A stretch of 64,000 nt of DNA from the human T2T-CHM13v2.0 reference genome, Homo sapiens: assembly GCF_009914755.1 (NCBI RefSeq), contig NC_060933.1. One strand, 5' to 3'. A program made the translations under genes and the position numbers. The notes beneath the pieces were generated by a model. The model was not told the origin of the DNA and did no database searches. It worked only from the letters and a program-made list of their open reading frames with translations. Positions 59,483 through 64,000 of this stretch are shown one piece after another (positions within the stretch are counted from its first letter, which is position 1; each line of letters opens with the position of its first letter).

Positions 59483-60489
59483 CAAGAGGGGCACAGTTAA
59501 ATAAACTGTGGCACAGTGAGGCAAATTCAAGCAGAGGAATTGCGCAACCATTTACAACTGATTATTTACACACAATATCTCATAGTGTGAGGAAAATCCA
59601 TAATTGCATGAAAAAGGAAGAAAAATGATATTGACTGAACTCAATTATTTAAAAAGGCATAAAAAACACTTGTAAAGAGAAGTAGCAAAATTGAATGCGG
59701 AACGCCTCTGGGTGGTGGAAATGTGAGTGACCTTTCTTTCTCTATGCTTTTCTGTCTTTTCCAAATTTTCTGCATTAAAAATGTTACTTTTATAATCAGA
59801 AAAAAATATATATTATTATTTTTTAGGTGTTGTCTCAAGCTGACCCTTTTTTCCTGGCATAAATTTTCATGATTGCTCTTGTTATTACAAGAAGAGAAAC
59901 TTTCCAAGTGACTGAGTAGCCCTGAGCGGCATTAGGGATTCACCTACACGGGGTAGATTTAAACTGGCACAAAGGACCTTATAAGTAGGAATATTCAAAG
60001 GCAATTAGCTGGTAACAATATTATAATAGAAAGGGAGCCAAATAAATGTTTCCTCGACATCATTAATTTAGTTGTAAAATAGACTCAGAGTTACTCTGAT
60101 AACCCCATATAAAGAAGGCACTCATTATAAAGACAGCCATGTGTTGAACAAGAAAATGTAGATGCAGAGATGGCTTTGCTGTACACAACTAAGATATTCC
60201 CACGGAGACAGCAGTTCTCAAAATATCACCCTCAAAAACAAAAGCTTCATCTAGGAAAACAATCCCAGTAAAATGCTAATTGAGTTGGTCCTGCCCACCT
60301 ACCCCAGAATCCAGCTGTCCTACTCCTCCCTACTCTGGCTCAGCTAAATGCTGTGACCCAGGGCAGGCCACTCCTCAGAACTTTCTTATTTGCAAAGGGG
60401 ATATAATAATTTATTTTAAAAAATGACTGTCTAGGCATACAGAGAAGACTGGACAAGAGAGCCCATGGGAATGGAGCTAGCACAGTACC

Positions 60490-61114
60490 TGGCAAGTCCT
60501 ACTGATCCCATCTCCAAAAAAGCTCTTTCCTCTCCATTTCCACTGACACCACAGTCCATGCCACCCCCACCTGTCTAGGTGGTCTAGGTGATCATCACAG
60601 GGACCTTCCAATTGTTCTCTGTGCTTTCATAAAGCCATCCTCTGAGCAGCCAGCAGGACTTTTAACAAATATAAAATTAACTGTGTCACACCCATTTTAA
60701 AAAGCCCTACACTGGCCTTCCACTGATTTTGAATAAAACCCAAACTCCTTTCTATGGCCTCTAAAACCTTGCATGACGTGAACCTGCCTAAATCTGTAAC
60801 TTCAACTCAAGCCACTCACCTTGCTTGCTACATCCTGGGCTCCCCCGTTCCCTTCGGTCCCTCCTAGGGGCCGTGTTGCCTCCCTTCTCTGCCTGGAACA
60901 TTTTCTCCCCTCCACCCAACACGGATGGCTGATGTCAGCTCCAAGAGGACTTCCCTGATGCACCATCTGAAGGAGAAGCACCAAACTCTGCTCACCTCCT
61001 GTACAGCGCGGATGGAACTGTAAATGGTACATCGGTCTGTCTCCTTGTTTACTATTGTATTTCCCTACAGTGTAAGCTCCTTGAAGGAGGGGATCATCTG
61101 TCTCCAGTCACTAT
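60490..61114 (+). mobile_element. L2 (3' end resumes at ~62605-62680 after an LTR insertion)
   Basis: aataaaacccaaactcctt, ccttctctgcctggaac, tgtaagctccttgaagg; distal gtctggcacgcagtaggc...aatgaat. Confidence 0.75.
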
Positions 61115-61252
61115 TGTTGGCTGCCCACCCAGCCCTCATTCCCTCCTCTCTCTAGCCTAACAGAACCCCCAATTTGTTCATGACTCCCTCCTCCTCCATG
61201 AGGCTGACTCTTTCAGATTCCATCCCCAGAGCTGGGCTGGGTCCTCATATCT

Positions 61253-61534
61253 TTTTAAATTTTTTTTTTTTTGAGGCAGAGTCTCACCCTGCTGCCCAGG
61301 CTGGAATGTGGTGGCACGATCTTGGTTCACTGCAACCTCCACCTGCCAGGTTCAAGTGATCCTTGCGTCTCAGCCTCCTGAATAACTAGGATTACAGGCT
61401 AATTTTTATATTTTTAGTAGAGAAAGGTTTTTGTCATGTTGGCCAGGCCGGTCTTGAACTCTTGGTCTTAAGTGATTTGCCTGCCTGACCTCCCAAAGTG
61501 CTTTGATTACAGATGTGAGCCACCACACCTGGCC
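61253..61534 (-). mobile_element. Alu
   Basis: 15-bp TSD tgggtcctcatatct. Confidence 0.95.
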
Positions 61535-61694
61535 TGGGTCCTCATATCTAAGTTAACCTGGTGGCCTCACTTCCTTGCCAGTGATGGGCTGGAGCAGAGG
61601 CATGGCATGTGACTCAATTCTGGTCAATGGCACTGGAGGAGAAGTCACCAGGAGAGCATCTGGGAAAGCCCTTCTGAATCTTAAGAAATACCCA

Positions 61695-61964
61695 GGCTGG
61701 GCGTGGTGGCTCACACCTGTCATCTCAGCACTTTGGGAGGCTGAGGTGTGTGGATTACTTGAGCCCTGGAGTTTGAAACCAGCCTGGGTGACAAAGTGAG
61801 ACCTTGTTTCTACAAAAAATTAAAAAATTAGCTGGGTGTGATGGTGCACGCCTGTGGTCCCAATTACATGGGAGGCAGAGGCAGGAGGACTGCCTGAGCT
61901 CATGAGGCTGCAGTTTTGACTACCACCGTACTCTAGCCTGGGAAACAGAGCAAGATCCTGTCTC

Positions 61965-61995
<31 letters not shown>

Positions 61996-62283
61996 CACCT
62001 GTGGTGGCTTATGCCTGTAATCCCAGCATTTTCAGAGGCTGAGGTGGGTGGATCACCTGAGTTCAGGAGTTCAAGACCAGCCTGGCCAACATGGTGAAAC
62101 CCTGTCTCTACTAAAAGTACAAAAAAATTAGCCGGGCATGGTGACAGGTGCCTGTAATCTCAGCTACTCGGGAGGCTGAGGCAGGAGAACTGCTGGAACC
62201 TGCGAGGTTGCAGTGAGCCGAGATCGTGTCATTGCACTACAGCCTGGCCAACAACAGCGAGACTCCATCTCAACAACAACAAA
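61695..62283 (+). mobile_element. AluJ (61695-61992) and tandem AluS (61993-62283)
   Basis: Second Alu starts directly after the poly(A) tail of the first. Confidence 0.94.
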
Positions 62284-62780
62284 AATTTTTGCTGCCTTTG
62301 GAAATTGTGGTGAGGGTGTAAGGCCCACAGGTGAAATAGCAGCCACCCTGAGCTCATGAGCAAAGCCTGCCTGATGGCATGTAGGCTGATGCCTGCAGAC
62401 TCAAGAATGAAAGGATAGGAAAGTCAGATTTCTTGAGAGTCAGATTTGGATGTGAATCCTGGCTCTGATATTGCGATATAATCAGTGAGTTTCTCAATCA
62501 GCCAATCACTGAACTGCCTGCCTCTGACCTTCCAATGATCGATAATCAAGTTCATAATCATTTCAGCCAGATTTCTGTTACCCACAACTGAATGCTTCCT
62601 GGTACCTGACTCTGTTCCCACTACCTAAAGTGGTGTCTGGCACGCAGTAGGCATTTAGAAACCCTTGTTCAAATGAATTCATCAGGGTTTAATGTAGATT
62701 ATTAAGAGAAAAACCTTGCTGTTAGTGTAGGTTCACTTCTATGAGAACAGTGTCTGGTTTTTGTTTCTTTTCCCTCTCAC

Positions 62781-62796
62781 CTTTTTACTGTACAAA
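62781..62796 (-). other. Candidate 16-nt microexon TTTGTACAGTAAAAAG (or 7 nt from the internal CAG)
   Basis: About 40-nt pyrimidine tract within a ~55-nt AG-free zone, acceptor aatgtag|, donor AAG|gtgaga. Confidence 0.45.
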
Positions 62797-63154
62797 CTAC
62801 ATTAAAATAAAAAGGAAGAAAAGAGGGAGAAAGAAGAAATTTCAAACACGGTTCTACCATGTATGACAGGACTGAGCTGCTGGAGTACAGGTTCTTATTG
62901 TAAACACAGATCCTCACGCCGAGACACATTACCAAGACGCGGTTCCCCAGATGAAATTTCATCCAGCTCCCCTGTGTGCCCATGCTACGCTTCTGCCTTT
63001 AGGGGCCAGTGCACCGGGTAAGTTTAATTTTTACAAATATCTCAGGAATAGGAAGACAATTTTTCTGTTGGTTATCAGGATTCTTGGAGTATTATCATGA
63101 AAGGTTTCAAATACATATGCAACACCCATGCTCAAATAAGCCCGTGGGAGGCAG

Positions 63155-63350
63155 CCTCGTGGTTAAGGGGCTTGAGAGTCCAATTTGGATTTTTATCTTG
63201 GCTCTGCCACCCCTATTGTTACAACTTTGGGCAAGTCACTTACCTTCTTTGGGCATCGACTTCCCCATTTGTAAAAAATAAGATTAAGTGAGATACCCAT
63301 ATGACATTTAGCTTGGAGCTTGGTATAGCATCAGTGTTCCAAACAAGCTA
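63155..63350 (+). mobile_element. MIR
   Basis: gtggttaagg...ggctctgccac...tttgggcaagtcacttacc. Confidence 0.8.
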
Positions 63351-63519
63351 TAATTACAATAAAATTGTTCATAAGATAATCCTTAAGTTTCATGATTCCT
63401 TAAAGAAGGGCCTTCCATGCGGAAGGACAGGGGAGCTGGCTAAATGCCAGTCCACTGAAATCTGGCTTCTCTGTGTCACCAAAGGCTGGCCTCCTTCCTA
63501 GAGGAAGTGTGGCCCAATG

Positions 63520-63770
63520 AAAAGAACACAGGTCTCAGAATCCGTCACAGTGATTGTAAGACTGGGATCAGACTGGGATCTAATCCCAGCCATATACTCA
63601 CTGGCTGTTACCATGGGTTCCATACTAAATCTCTGCCCTTCAGCTCCCTCATCTGTAACAGGGATGCTACCATCCCCCGACCTATCCCGACCCACTGCCC
63701 AGTGAATCTGTGTAAGAAATGACAACGCATGGGAAGTGTCTAGTACGCTGCCTGGCACACAGGAGGGACA
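63520..63770 (+). mobile_element. MIR
   Basis: aatcccagc...cctcatctgtaaca...gcctggcacacag. Confidence 0.65.
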
Positions 63771-64000
63771 CCACCCATGCCGGCTCCCTTCCATTTCTTC
63801 TAATATCAGTTCTCCCCAATTACATTCAGGTTAAAACCAGAAGTTCTCAGTACACAATGAATGGGGCCCTCATGGCAGGAGGGCACAGGAATGGTATGGT
63901 TGGCTTTAAAAAGATGACTAAATTGCCCAACAATGGCAAATATATATAATAAACCTACCCCACAAATGTTTTATTTGGTTTCAAGGCCCTGCTGAGCCTG

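Larger units (their letters stand above)
61115..62604 (+). mobile_element. Old ERVL-type LTR (LTR33-like) interrupted by three Alus
   Basis: tgttggctgccc...taacagaaccccc; ggcatgtgactcaattctggtcaatg; gcagccaccctgag; ttctgttac..caactgaa. Confidence 0.6.

Overview
Primate (human-like) genomic DNA with roughly 30 Alu elements and many MIR, L2, L1, CR1/L3, L4, hAT/Mariner and ERVL-type LTR relics. I see no CpG island, RNA gene, processed pseudogene or protein-coding gene that I can name. The ORF track looks like noise from repeats and chance. The best gene-like signal is on the minus strand in the right third of the window: a short terminal exon at about 50785-50873 (long polypyrimidine tract, three UGUA elements, AATAAA) and a 16-nt microexon-like unit at 62781-62796. 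Together they suggest the 3' end of an unidentified minus-strand gene. Other notable structures are an MLT2A1 LTR whose 3' terminus plus target site is repeated five times, an Alu-L1 chimera bounded by one target-site duplication, and a repeat-free block near 37.2-38.7 kb with an inverted pair of homeodomain-TALE composite sites. Repeat subfamily calls come from recalled consensus sequences, and the boundaries of old elements are approximate. I cannot support a claim of a wholly new biological system; the findings are testable candidates.
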